Below, in pieces: positions 28,215-40,295 of a stretch of 64,000 nucleotides of DNA. Source of the stretch: Eledone cirrhosa (lineage: Eukaryota); assembly GCA_964016885.1 (NCBI GenBank), contig OZ024765.1, forward strand, positions 8,246,001 to 8,310,000, given 5' to 3'. Position 1 is the first letter of the stretch; every line of letters starts with the position of its first letter. The notes beneath the pieces were generated by a model. It worked only from the letters and a program-made list of their open reading frames with translations. It was not told the origin of the DNA and ran no database searches. The position numbers and the translations under genes are program-made.

Positions 28215-29085
28215 ATATATATATAAAAGACAAACAATTAACCCTTCAGCATTTAAACTGGTCACATCCAGCCAGTATTCTCTCACCTCTTTTTGTTCAA
28301 ACTGGCCATAACCAACTGCTCATATTTATGTTAACCCTTTAGCATTTACATTACTCTATATATACTATTGTATTTTCACAGTAAAGGCTTTACCTCACAT
28401 AGCATTTACATTACTCTATATATACTATTGTATTTTCATGGTAAAGGCTTTTCCTCACATAATATCTAATCTGAGATATTGAAGGTATTTATTTTGAGAA
28501 CAATACCTTAACAACTGTTTGAGTGACCAGTTTCAACAGAAAAGGGTAGAGAATTCTGACCCGTTTGAACATTAAAGGGTTATGGTATAGTTCTCAAAAT
28601 AAATAATATCAAACTCTCGTAGATTCGATGTTATGTGAAATAAAATGTGTTTACAATGAAAATACAATAGTAAATATAGAATAATGTAAATACTGAAGGG
28701 TTCAAAGTTTTCAGAGTTACTTGCCCTTTGAACCTCCTATCTAAATTACTGCCCACCAACACCACAAGTGTTAACCCTTTAACATTTATATTACTCTATT
28801 TTACTAGTGTATTTTTGCAGTAAAGGCTCTACCTCACATAATTATCCCACATAATATTGAATCTACAAGATTTTGATATTTATTTTAAGAACAATACCTT
28901 AACGTCAGTATGAGCAGCAGGTTTGAAAGAAGTGAGAGAATTCTGGCCAGATACGGCCGGTTTAAATGCTAAAGGGTGTAGTAACAAGATTTGTGAAAAA
29001 TAGTCTAAATTGCTTTGAATAAATTGTCAAATTTATGCTTGCTTGCAAAGTGTCACAGCATATTTTTACTAACTGAAAAATGCAC

Positions 29086-29492
29086 CTCCAGGACTCATCA
29101 TGGCACATGAAGTGAAGTAGTGTGTTGCCCCAGGACACATGGAGACATAAGATAAGGACAGCTCATGTTTGCCAGCAACGGGGACTGGAGAGACATGATG
29201 TAGTGAAATACTCCAGGAAAGTATGGCACAGCATTGTGACATGGGTGCCTCATATAAACTGGAGTAACACAGTGAAGTAGTGAAATACTCCAGGACAGTA
29301 TGGCACAGCATTGTGACATGGGTGCCTCATATAAACTGGAGTAACAGTGAAGTAGTGAAATACTCCAGGACAGTATGGCACAGCATTGTGACATGGGTGC
29401 CTCATATAAACTGGAGTAACACAGTGAAGTAGTGAAATACTCCAGGACAGTATGGCACAGCATTGTGATGGGTGCCTCATATAAACTGGAGA
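29086..29492 (-). repeat. 75-77 bp hairpin-forming tandem repeat; possible H/ACA snoRNA at 29120-29266
   Basis: Four near-identical units plus diverged units, each ctccag...ggcac..gtgcc...ctggag; ACATCA and ACA boxes flank the diverged hairpin. Confidence 0.6.
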
Positions 29493-29613
29493 AACATAAA
29501 ATAGAAATATCTAATTAAAGGGAGACAACCTGGTAACAGACAAAAAACAAAATAAATAGGCTACTTTGCCAGTTCCAGTAAAACAGGTATTGTACTGACC
29601 CCTGGTTAATATA

Positions 29614-29652
<39 letters not shown>

Positions 29653-29689
29653 CCTGGTTTAAATAAATAAACTTGTTATTTTTAACACT

Positions 29690-30060
29690 ACTGGCCTTCA
29701 TAATTGTTTCTACGTTTGGCACAAGGCCAGCAATTACCCAGTACATTACTGGTACTTTATTTTATCGACCCCCGTAAGGATGAAAGGAAAAGTTAACCTC
29801 GGTGGGGATTTGAACTCAGACCGTAAAGGGACGTAACTATGTTGGAAAGCAGGGCACTGGACCCTCTACCGAAACTGCCACTTTCGCCTTCATAATAATG
29901 GTTTTTGATTTAGACACACAAGGCAACAATTTTAGGAGTGGGGAAACTCGTTTAAATCAACCCCAGTGCATTACTGGTACTCTATTTTATCGACCCCGTA
30001 AGGATGAAAGGCAAAGTTAACCTCGGCGGGATTTTGAACTCAGAACGTAAAAGGCTGTAA
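29690..30060 (-). mobile_element. Two Meta-domain (OR-like) SINE copies
   Basis: Reverse complement of the gcctttcatccttacggggtcgataaaataaagtaccag core; same family as 56763. Confidence 0.8.
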
Positions 30061-30079
30061 CAAGAGAGAAAGAACATAC

Positions 30080-30209
30080 CTGGTGGCAAAAACGTGTCCG
30101 AGTGTATCTCTAACGTGTACAATGTCAAAGGAACCTGGATGTCTGTCCCTGTGTGTTATTACACCAACACGACCGATGTTGTGACCACCCGTGATCATAC
30201 AGAGATTGC
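30080..30209 (-). CDS. RPS4: 40S ribosomal protein S4, exon 6
   Basis: (G)[42 protein letters not shown](R); ag acceptor and gtatgt donor. Confidence 0.97.
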
Positions 30210-30274
30210 CTGAAAAGAAAATATAACACACTTTAAACACAGAAATCAATATTATTGTTATATATACACACTGA

Positions 30275-30767
30275 CCAGTCCACACTGTAAAGTGGTCTTG
30301 TAGGTGTCACAACAAACAGCACCCAGTCCACACTGTAAAGTGGTCATGTAGGTGTCACAACAAAAAGCACCCGGTCCACACTGTAAAGTGGTCATGTAGG
30401 TGTCACAACAAAAAGCACCCAGTCCACACTGTAAAGTGGTCATGTAGGTGTCACAACAAACAGCACCCAGTCCACACTGTAAAGTGGTCATGTAGGTGTC
30501 ACAACAAAAAGCACCCGGTCCACACTGTAAAGTGGTCATGTAGGTGTCACAACAATAAGCACCCAGTCCACACTGTAAAGTGGTTGTGTAGGTGTCACAA
30601 CAATAAGCACCCAGTCCACACTGTAAAGTGGTTGTGTAGGTGTCACAACAATAAGCACCCAGTCCACACTGTAAAGTGGTCATGTAGGTGTCACAACAAT
30701 AAGCACCCAGTCCACACTGTAAAGTGGTCATGTAGGTGTCACAACAATAAGCACCCAGTCCACACTT
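30275..30767 (+). repeat. 48 bp tandem array derived from SINE/RTE 3' UTR (~10 copies)
   Basis: Unit agtccacactgtaaagtggtcatgtaggtgtcacaacaaaaagcaccc; fills most of RPS4 intron 5. Confidence 0.9.
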
Positions 30768-30793
30768 AGCATTAAAATATAGTTTTAACCCAC

Positions 30794-30965
30794 CTGAATC
30801 GAATTTGATAAATTCTTTGATCTTGCAAGTAGCAATATCTAACAAGACGCTGTCATTGACTTTGATGAGAGGATCAGGGTAACGGATTGTACGGCCATCA
30901 TGTGTAGCTAGAAATGGAATTCCCTTAATACCAGTTTGGACCTTCTTTACACGGCACAGCTTATA
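30794..30965 (-). CDS. RPS4: 40S ribosomal protein S4, exon 5
   Basis: [40 protein letters not shown]...IKFDS; 172 nt, GT-AG boundaries. Confidence 0.97.
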
Positions 30966-31026
30966 CTGAAATAAGGGAACAAAACAATAAACAGTCAACT
31001 TTTATAACAGCCAATGTGTTTATATA

Positions 31027-32682
31027 CAGGGTGAGTCAAAAGTCACTTCCTATTGAAAAAAAAAAAAAACTGGATCTGCCCACTCATACTTATGTTAACC
31101 CTTTAGCATTTACATTATATATACTATTGTATTTTCGCAGTAAAGGCTTTACCTCACATAACATTTACATTAGTATATACAATAGTATATATAGAGTAAT
31201 GTAAAAGTTATGTGAGATGTGAGGTAAAGCCTTGACTGTGACAATACAATAGTATATATAGAGTAATGTAAAGGTTATGTGAGATATGAGGTAAAGCCTT
31301 GACTGTGACAATACAATAGTATATATAGAGTAATGTAAAGGTTATGTGAGATATGAGGTAAGGCCTTGACTGTGACAATACAATAGTATATATAGAGTAA
31401 TGTAAAGGTTATGTGAGATATGAGGTAAGGCCTTGACTGTGACAATACAATAGTATATATAGAGTAATGTAAAGGTTATGTGAGATATGAGGTAAAGCCT
31501 TGACTGTGACAATACAATAGTATATATAGAGTAATGTAAATGTTATGTGAGATATGAGGTAAGGCCTTGACTGTGACAATACAATAGTATATATAGAGTA
31601 ATGTAAAGGTTATGTGAGATATGAGGTAAGGCCTTGACTGTGACAATACAATAGTATATATAGAGTAATGTAAATGTTATGTGAGATATGAGGTAAGGCC
31701 TTGACTGTGACAATACAATAGTATATATAGAGTAATGTAAATGTTATGTGAGATGTGAGGTAAAGCCTTGACTGTGACAATACAATAGTGTATATAGAGT
31801 AATGTAAATGTTATGTGAGATGTGAGGTAAAGCCTTGACTGTGACAATACAATAGTGTATATAGAGTAATGTAAATGTTATGTGAGATGTGAGGTAAAGC
31901 CTTGACTGTGACAATACAATAGTGTATATAGAGTAATGTAAATGTTATGTGAGATGTGAGGTAAAGCCTTGACTGTGACAATACAATAGTGTATATAGAG
32001 TAATGTAAATGTTATGCGAGATGTGAGGTAAGGCCTTGACTGTGACAATACAATAGTGTATATAGAGTAATGTAAAAGTTATGTGAGATGTGAGGTAAAG
32101 CCTTGACTGTGACAATACAATAGTGTATATAGAGTAATGTAAAAGTTATGTGAGATGTGAGGTAAAGCCTTGACTGTGACAATACAATAGTGTATATAGA
32201 GTAATGTAAATGTTATGCGAGATGTGAGGTAAGGCCTTGACTGTGACAATACAATAGTATATATAGAGTAATGTAAAAGTTATGTGAGATGTGAGGTAAG
32301 GCCTTGACTGTGACAATACAATAGTGTATATAGAGTAATGTAAAAGTTATGTGAGATGTGAGGTAAAGCCTTGACTGTGACAATACAATAGTGTATATAG
32401 AGTAATGTAAAAGTTATGTGAGATGTGAGGTAAGGCCTTGACTGTGACAATACAATAGTATATATAGAGTAATGTAAAAGTTATGTGAGATGTGAGGTAA
32501 GGCCTTGACTGTGACAATACAATAGTATATATAGAGTAATGTAAAAGTTATGTGAGATGTGAGGTAAAGCCTTGACTGTGACAATACAATAGTGTATATA
32601 GAGTAATGTAAAAATTAGCTTCGAGTTAATTTGTAATGTTTTATTAATAAAAATAGGTAGAAGTGACTTTTGGGCCACCCTG
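31027..32682. mobile_element. Tc1/mariner-type MITE with nested MITE satellite
   Basis: TA-cagggtgagtcaaaagtcacttc ... gaagtgacttttgggccaccctg-TA. Confidence 0.7.
31171..32610 (-). repeat. 67 bp MITE-derived tandem array (~21 copies)
   Basis: Homogenised 67 bp variant, inverted relative to the seed at 31095-31170. Confidence 0.92.
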
Positions 32683-32792
32683 TATGTTCGTAACACTGAA
32701 AGGGAAATACTCCAGACAATAGAATTACAAAACACACATCTACACATACATTCACTACACGTGTTTGTTTGAATATATTCATACTTATGCAA

Positions 32793-33106
32793 GGCACATG
32801 GCTTAGTGGTTAGAGCATTGGCCTCGCAATCGAAAGGTTGAGAGTTCAATTCTCAGACCAGGTGATGTGTTGTTTCCTTGAGCAAGACACTTTATTTCAC
32901 ATTGCTCCAGTTTACTCAGCTGTAGACTGGGGTCCCTGTCATTCCACTGCAAAGTGGTTGTGGAGGTGCCACGGCAAAAAAGCACCCAGCACTCACTGTA
33001 AATGAGGTTGGTGTTAGGAATGGCATCCAGCTGTAGAAATCAAGCCAGAATCAGTTCCCGTCCCACCCTTGCAAGCAGGGAAAAGTGGATGTAAAATGAT
33101 GATGAT
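32793..33106 (+). mobile_element. tRNA-derived SINE
   Basis: ggcacatggcttagtggttagagc head; (GAT)n tail. Confidence 0.9.
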
Positions 33107-33460
33107 TGATTATGTGAGTGTTTGTGTTTATATTTATAGACTCATACATATGCACACCAAGATCTCTTGGTTATTTATGTTCATTGCAGATAGTTTTCCT
33201 CTGCAACAATCTCACAGGAGGTTTCTTAATAAAGTAGGACCAATACATATATAGGCAAGACCACATTGATCATTCATTTTTATTTCACATTTGTAAAGAG
33301 GGTCATAGACCTGAAACATGTTAAAATATACTGGGAGGTAAAACATTAGTGTTTTCTATTATTTGCCCTTTATATATTTCTATAAGGAAAACAAAGTTTC
33401 ATTTACATGTAGTTAGACATTTCTGAATATGTATCGACCAATTCACTGAATCCCATATAC

Positions 33461-33758
33461 CAGGGGTTCTCAACCTTTTTTTCACTGTGGACCACCAAAA
33501 TAAGTAATTTTTTCCTGTGGACCACCTAAACTTTTAAATCTTTTGTAATAGAACTGCTACTTATAAGCATCAGTAGATGGTTTTTTTCCAATGAATTAGA
33601 AAATGCTATTATCATGTCGCAGTGCCTAAAAATCTACGCAAATAAACAGCTGAAGTCGTACTTATGCGAAGAATAAGAACAGCGCTTTAAGTCAAATGCA
33701 GGGATCAAAAGAGAATTTGCTTTTGAACATTTTCTGTGGACCAGGTTGAGAACCTCTG
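33461..33758. mobile_element. hAT (Charlie-like) MITE
   Basis: TIRs caggggttctcaacct / aggttgagaacctctg; 8 bp TSD ccatatac on both sides. Confidence 0.9.
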
Positions 33759-33904
33759 CCATATACTATATACAAAAGAATAAAGATTCCCTAACTCCTA
33801 GTGGAGCCGTAGAGGCACCGTCATATGGTGTGTCTAGGGCACATTTAAACCTGGCAGAGCCCAACCCTCTCCAGGTCCGAACATAGCCGATTTTTTTCTA
33901 TAGA

Positions 33905-34735
33905 GGAAAAATCAACCCCAGTACTTGACTGGTACTTTATTTTATCGACCTCAAAAGGATAAAAGTCAAAGTTGACCACAACGGGATCTGGACTCAGCGC
34001 ACAATGAGGTGGGACGAATACTGTAAAGCATTCTATCTGACGTCTTAACTGCCATATACTATATACAGTATATATCATCATCATCATCGTTTAATGTACA
34101 TTTTCCACGCTAGCATGGGTTAGACGGGAGTTGTCCCGCTAATATAGGACTATCTGGCAGGTTTTCTACGGTTGGATGCCCTTCCTAACACCAACCACAC
34201 TTACAGTGTGGAACAGGGAACTTTTTACCGTGGACTGTGTTTTTTTCTCGTGACACCTACACGACCTCGATCTCATTTATTTGGACTGGATGTTGTGATA
34301 CCAACTTTATAGAGAGAGGTTGGTGGGAGGATAGGATAGTGGTAGTGGATTGGGGTGTGTATTTGGTTAAGAGGTGCCTACTGACTGTAGGTTTCACTTT
34401 GTACATAGGCAAGGCGGGTCTTATGTATTACTGTGTAGTGCCAAAGATCTTAGTCCAGTGACATTTCATTTCATGTCCGCTTTTCCCTGCTTGCAAGGGT
34501 GGGACAGGAACCGATTCTGGCTTGATTTCTACAGCTGGATGCCCTTCTTCACACCAACCTCACTTACAGTGAGTGCCGGGTGCTTTTTTGCCGTGGCACC
34601 TCCACGACCACTTTACAGTGGAATGATAGGGACACCAGTCCCTATCATCTCATTTCTACAGCTGAGTAAACTGGAGCAATGTGAAATAAAGTGTCTTGCT
34701 CAAGGAAACAACACATCGCCTGGTCTGTGACATTG
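33905..34735 (-). mobile_element. Nested cluster: Meta-SINE, RTE 3' end, and a tRNA SINE inserted in the RTE
   Basis: Homology to other copies in the window; gtgacatt flanks the SINE at ~34458 and ~34727. Confidence 0.75.
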
Positions 34736-34811
34736 TCTTAGATATATATATACACACACACAGATATAGACCAGAGAAAGCTGTGTACCTTTATAGAAAG
34801 ATATTACTTAC

Positions 34812-34909
34812 CTTTGCTTCATCACCTTTAATACGGTGCACAATAAACCTTCCCTTTGCATCATATATCAAACGGAAATATTCATCAGTCTTCTCAATGG
34901 TGATGACAT
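34812..34909 (-). CDS. RPS4: 40S ribosomal protein S4, exon 4
   Basis: (D)[32 protein letters not shown]; 98 nt; ag acceptor and gtaagt donor. Confidence 0.97.
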
Positions 34910-35009
34910 CTACAATGATATATAACATAGATATACACACACAATTAAGCATTTAAGGCCCCAATTTGTCATTAACGGCCATGGTTTTTAACCAGGAAAG
35001 TCCCCCTCC

Positions 35010-35300
35010 GAGGCAGAAGTCCAGGCAAGGTTGTTTGTGGAAGAGCAGCAGTATACCAACCCATGTATACCAGCCTACCCTCTCCACACCACCGATATTG
35101 TCCAAGGGTAAGGTAATGACATTAACAGCTTAGTACCAGTGTTGTCACAACATATATATACTGTGTATATACTATTTATGATGTTCAGAGAAAAGTCAAT
35201 GGCGAACACAGCTTGAAATCAGTTACATTGCAACTCATATCTACAGCTGAGTTAACTGGAGCAACATAAAATAAAATGTCTTGCTCAAGGACACAATGCA
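35010..35300 (+). mobile_element. Degenerate OK-type cephalopod SINE fragments
   Basis: aggcaaggttgtttgtggaag...ccctctccacaccaccgat and ttgctcaaggacacaatgc motifs. Confidence 0.5.
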
Positions 35301-35392
35301 TGTTCTGTGTAAGTCATGGTCATCAGACCTGGCTTGTCTCACAACAGGGCAACTCGTCAAAACTCACGCTATTGAGAAAACTGGACATTAAA

Positions 35393-35606
<214 letters not shown>

Positions 35607-35724
35607 ATACATACATCAACACAGGAGCAAGAATTACAGAGTCATTCTACTTAGAGTAATATGAAAAGATCAAGGACCCTAACAGCTGAGCCCCAGCCGT
35701 TTCGACATCTGTCGGGGTCCTGAA

Positions 35725-36486
35725 TCTTTTCGTATTACCCACTTTAGTATCGAGTACTCTTTTCGTATTACCCACTTTAGTATCGAGTACTCTTTTCGTA
35801 TTACCCACTTTAGTATCGAGTACTCTTTTCGTATTACCCACTTTAGTATCGAGTACTCTTTTCGTATTACCCACTTTAGTATCGAGTACTCTTTTCGTAT
35901 TACCCACTTTAGTATCGAGTACTCTTTTCGTATTACCCACTTTAGTATCGAGTACTCTTTTCATATTACCCACTTTAGTATCGAGTACTCTTTTCGTATT
36001 ACCCACTTTAGTATCGAGTACTCTTTTCATATTACCCACTTTAGTATCGAGTACTCTTTTCATATTACCCACTTTAGTATCGAGTACTCTTTTCATATTA
36101 CCCACTTTAGTATCGAATACTCTTTTCGTATTACCCACTTTAGTATCGAGTACTCTTTTCGTATTACCCACTTTAGTATCGAATACTCTTTTCATATTAC
36201 CCACTTTAGTATCGAGTACTCTTTTCGTATTACCCACTTTAGTATCGAATACTCTTTTCGTATTACCCACTTTAGTATCGAGTACTCTTTTCATATTACC
36301 CACTTTAGTATCGAGTACTCTTTTCGTATTACCCACTTTAGTATCGAGTACTCTTTTCGTATTACCCACTTTAGTATCGAGTACTCTTTTCATATTACCC
36401 ACTTTAGTATCGAGTACTCTTTTCATATTACCCACTTTAGTATCGAGTACTCTTTTCATATTACCCACTTTAGTATCGAGTACTCT
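35725..36486. repeat. 33 bp tandem array (~23 copies) inside the hairpin-ended element
   Basis: Unit ctcttttcgtattacccactttagtatcgagta; flanks are homologous to 3077-3220 and 53457-53567. Confidence 0.92.
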
Positions 36487-36749
36487 GGTGGGTTATGGCC
36501 CACCTGGTATCTTACCACACCTTCTCTGATATATACATATAGACAATATGATTAGAAACCCCTAAATTGGTATATAGATACAAAACTTTAACACAAACAA
36601 GATAACTCCTGTGGTAACAGTAACCAACAATTAGAATATACTTAGTTTCAACCCTTGCTGACTGGGCTGCCAGATTATTTGGGGACACAAACAAAATACA
36701 CATTTTTTTTTGCGACACCCTGTGAGGGAATATAAAAGCAATGTTTAAA

Positions 36750-36881
36750 AGATGTACTAATACTTGGTAATACTACAAGACTATGAGGAGTACAAGTAGT
36801 GACCGAGTAAAAGATTTATTATTGGCAAAATGTAGACCAACATGTCGGTGATTACAACATGTTGCCTTCGAATTATGCCGT
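36750..36881 (-). ncRNA. H/ACA snoRNA, SNORA16/snR46-like, diverged copy 1
   Basis: Hairpin, H box ATAATA, hairpin, ACAtct; sense to the RPS4 host; 5' pocket TCGAAG. Confidence 0.72.
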
Positions 36882-37034
36882 GTAGAAACATGTAAATATT
36901 GAACCCTTCATGTCATGTACCACACATAATCACCACATTAACAAGACATTCTTGAAGTCATCATAATCATTGTCTTTTAATGACTATATATGGATATACC
37001 TGTGTTGATCCCATGTACCCCCTCCCCACACTTT

Positions 37035-37820
37035 AACATTTACATTACTCTATATACACTATTGTATTTTCACAGTAAAGGCTTTACCTCACATAACATT
37101 TACATTACTCTATATATACTATTGTATTTTCACAGTAAAGGCTTTACCTCACATAACATTTACATTACTCTATATATACTATTGTATTTTCACAGTAAAG
37201 GCTTTACCTCACATAATATCTCATAACATTTACATTTCTCTATATATACTATTGTATTGTCACAGTAAAGGCTTTACCTCACATATTTACATTACTCTAT
37301 ATATACTATTGTATTTTCATGGTAAAAGCTTTGCCTCACATAACAATTACATTACTCTATATATACTATTGTATTTTCACAGTAAAGGCTTTACCTCACA
37401 TAACATTTACATTACTCTATATATACTATTGTATTTTCACAGTAAAGGCTTTACCTCACATAACATTTACATTACTCTATATATACTATTGTATTTTCAC
37501 AGTAAAGGCTTTACCTCACATAACATTTACATTTCTCTATATATACTATTTTATTTTCACAGTAAAGGCTTTACCTCACATAATATTTACATTACTCTAT
37601 ATATACTATTGTATTTTCATGGTAAAAGCTTTGCCTCACATAACAATTACATTACTCTATATATACTATTGTATTTTCACAGTAAAGGCTTTACCTCATA
37701 ACATTTACATTACTCTATATATACTAATGTATTTTCATGGTAAAGGCTTTACCTCACATAACAATTACATTACTCTATATATACTATTGTATTTTCATGG
37801 TAAAGGCTTTACCTCACATA
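37035..37820 (+). repeat. ~60 bp MITE-derived tandem array
   Basis: Same unit family as 6485-7330. Confidence 0.9.
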
Positions 37821-38173
37821 TGAAATCTATAAGATTTTGATAATTATTTTGAGAACAATACGTTATCAGTATGAGCAACCAGTTTATAACATGTTTGAAC
37901 AGGAAGGTGAGAGAATTCTGGCCAGATGCTGCCACTCTACTTCAGTATTGAGTACTCAGCCTCAATACTGTGCCCTCAGATGGGCTTTTTAGTTTTAGGA
38001 TGGTTAGAATTTTTTAATTTAATACCTGTATGTATAACTTTTCAATTCCTATTACTTGCACCAAGCTAACAGATATGTAAAATTGGGGGTTTGCTGTGTA
38101 TTCTAAACCCGACTTTGCACACACACATATATATATCAAGATCCCCATCCCTAAACCAGAACTAGTCTCTAAG

Positions 38174-38300
38174 TGATGTCCTCTTACTTGGTGATACTAC
38201 AAGACATAGGGGACCAGTAGTGACCGTGTAAAAGATTTAATGTTGGCACATAATGACCAACTGGTCAGTAATTGGAACAGATGGCTTCGATGTATGCCAG
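38174..38300 (-). ncRNA. H/ACA snoRNA, SNORA16/snR46-like, copy 2
   Basis: ggcata-CATCGAAG-stem-TCA-ttatgtgcc, H box ACATTA, second hairpin, ACAtca; pocket pairs with 28S UGA-[U]C-CUUCGAUG. Confidence 0.8.
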
Positions 38301-39578
38301 AGTCTTATCAAACTCTTGTGGGAGAGAAATAAAGTTAGGGTACTTCGATGGAAGGGATATTTACCAGAGTCTTATATATTTGTTGGAGAGAAATAAAGCT
38401 AGGATACTTTGATGGAAGGGATATTTACCAGAGTCTTATATATTTGTTGGAGAGAAATAAAGCTAGGATACTTCGATGGAAGGGATATTTACCAGTCTTA
38501 TATAACATTTGTTGGAGAGAAATAAAGCTAGGATACTTCGATGGAAGGGATATTTACCAGTCTTATATAACATTTGTTGGAGAGAAATAAAGCTAGGATA
38601 CTTCGATGGAAGGGATATTTACCAGTCTTATATAACATTTGTTGGAGAGAAATAAAGCTAGGATACTTCGATGGAAGGGATATTTACCAGTCTTATATAA
38701 CATTTGTTGGAGAGAAATAAAGCTAGGATACTTTGATGGAAGGGATATTTACCAGAGTCTTATATAACATTTGTTGGAGAGAAATAAAGCTAGGATACTT
38801 CGATGGAAGGGATATTTACCAGTCTTATATAACATTTGTTGGAGAGAAATAAAGCTAGGATACTTCGATGGAAGGGATATTTACCAGTCTTATATAACAT
38901 TTGTTGGAGAGAAATAAAGCTAGGATAGTTCGATGGAAGGGATATTTACCAGTCTTATATAACATTTGTTGGAGAGAAATAAACCTAGGATACTTCGATG
39001 GAAGGGATATTTACCAGAGTCTTATATAACATTTGTTGGAGAGAAATAAAGCTAGGATACTTCGATGGAAGGGATATTTACCAGAGTCTTATATAACATT
39101 TGTTGGAGAGAAATAAAGCTAGGATACTTCGATGGAAGGGATATTTACCAGAGTCTTATATAACATTTGTTGGAGAGAAATAAAGCTAGGATACTTCGAT
39201 GGAAGGGATATTTACCAGAGTCTTATATAACATTTGTTGGAGAGAAATAAAGCTAGGATACTTCGATGGAAGGGATATTTACCAGAGTCTTATATAACAT
39301 TTGTTGGAGAGAAATAAAGCTAGGATACTTCGATGGAAGGGATATTTACCAGTCTTATATAACATTTGTTGGAGAGAAATAAAGCTAGGATACTTCGATG
39401 GAAGGGATATTTACCAGTCTTATAAAACATTTGTTGGAGAGAAATAAAGCTAGGATACTTCGATGGAAGGGATATTTACCAGAGTCTTATAAAACATTTG
39501 TTGGAGAGAAATAAAGCTAGGGTACTTTGATGGAAGGGATATTTACCAGAGTCTTATAACATTTGTTGGAGAGAAATG
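38301..39578. repeat. 65-67 bp minisatellite (~19 copies)
   Basis: Unit gagagaaataaagctaggatacttcgatggaagggatatttaccag(ag)tcttatataacatttgttg. Confidence 0.92.
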
Positions 39579-40087
39579 AAGCAAGTATGAATGAGTGGAA
39601 AGGAAAAACTGATTATCAGGAATGAAATATAGCAAGAGAGAGGAGGCTGCACTTGTATAGACATGTGATGTGTTGGTTTTAAAATTGTCAAGAAATCCCA
39701 GTGGAGGAAGACCAAGATAGGGAGGTGTGACTGCGCTATTATAGTTTGGATGAAGAACCGCCAAGAGTTCCCGGTGGAAGGAAGCTGCAGTAGAGGAAGA
39801 CCAGGGCAGTAATCAGAGAAAGTTAGACACATTACTAAGTCCCTACAAAAATTATTTGAAAATCACAAGCAGCGCCTTTCATTAGAAATATGGTAAGATG
39901 GCTAAATCTTAAACATACCATCCCAGAAAGAAAACAGAATGGACTTCAATTTTTAATCTGATGCAGTCAGAGCTGTTCTCTACTTTTCAAGAGTGTCTTG
40001 CTAATGCGACTTCATGTGGTATAGGACTTCAAGAGTTTAAACACTCGACCGCTACTCTGAAGAGAACAAATGTTGGGTAAGACTTAC

Positions 40088-40170
40088 CCAAGAAACCTGC
40101 AGAGTAGGTGGGGTCTGTTCTCACATGTTCATCAACTTTTATAAATCCCTGCTTCACTTTATCAGAAGTG
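40088..40170 (-). pseudogene. Degenerate partial duplicate of RPS4 exon 3 with intact gtaagt donor
   Basis: VKQGFIKVDEHVRTDPTYSAGFL versus [23 protein letters not shown]; the adjacent intron is also duplicated; no acceptor. Confidence 0.88.
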
Positions 40171-40295
40171 ATGTCCTCTTACTTGGTGATACTACAGAAC
40201 ATAGGGTACCAGTAGTGACCGTGTAAAAGATTTAATGTTGGCATATCATGACCAACTGGTCAGTAATTGGAACAGATGGCTTCGATGTATGCCAG
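40169..40295 (-). ncRNA. H/ACA snoRNA, SNORA16/snR46-like, copy 3
   Basis: Near-identical to copy 2; boxes and pocket intact. Confidence 0.8.

Noticed and set aside
32793-32870. tRNA-like sequences at SINE heads
   Set aside because: A and B boxes are present but they continue into the SINE body; not tRNA genes
35647-36468. 273 aa (KRVLDTKVGNT)n ORF or CRISPR-like 33 bp repeat
   Set aside because: Head-to-tail tandem repeat with no unique spacers or cas genes; lies within a dispersed element in an RPS4 intron
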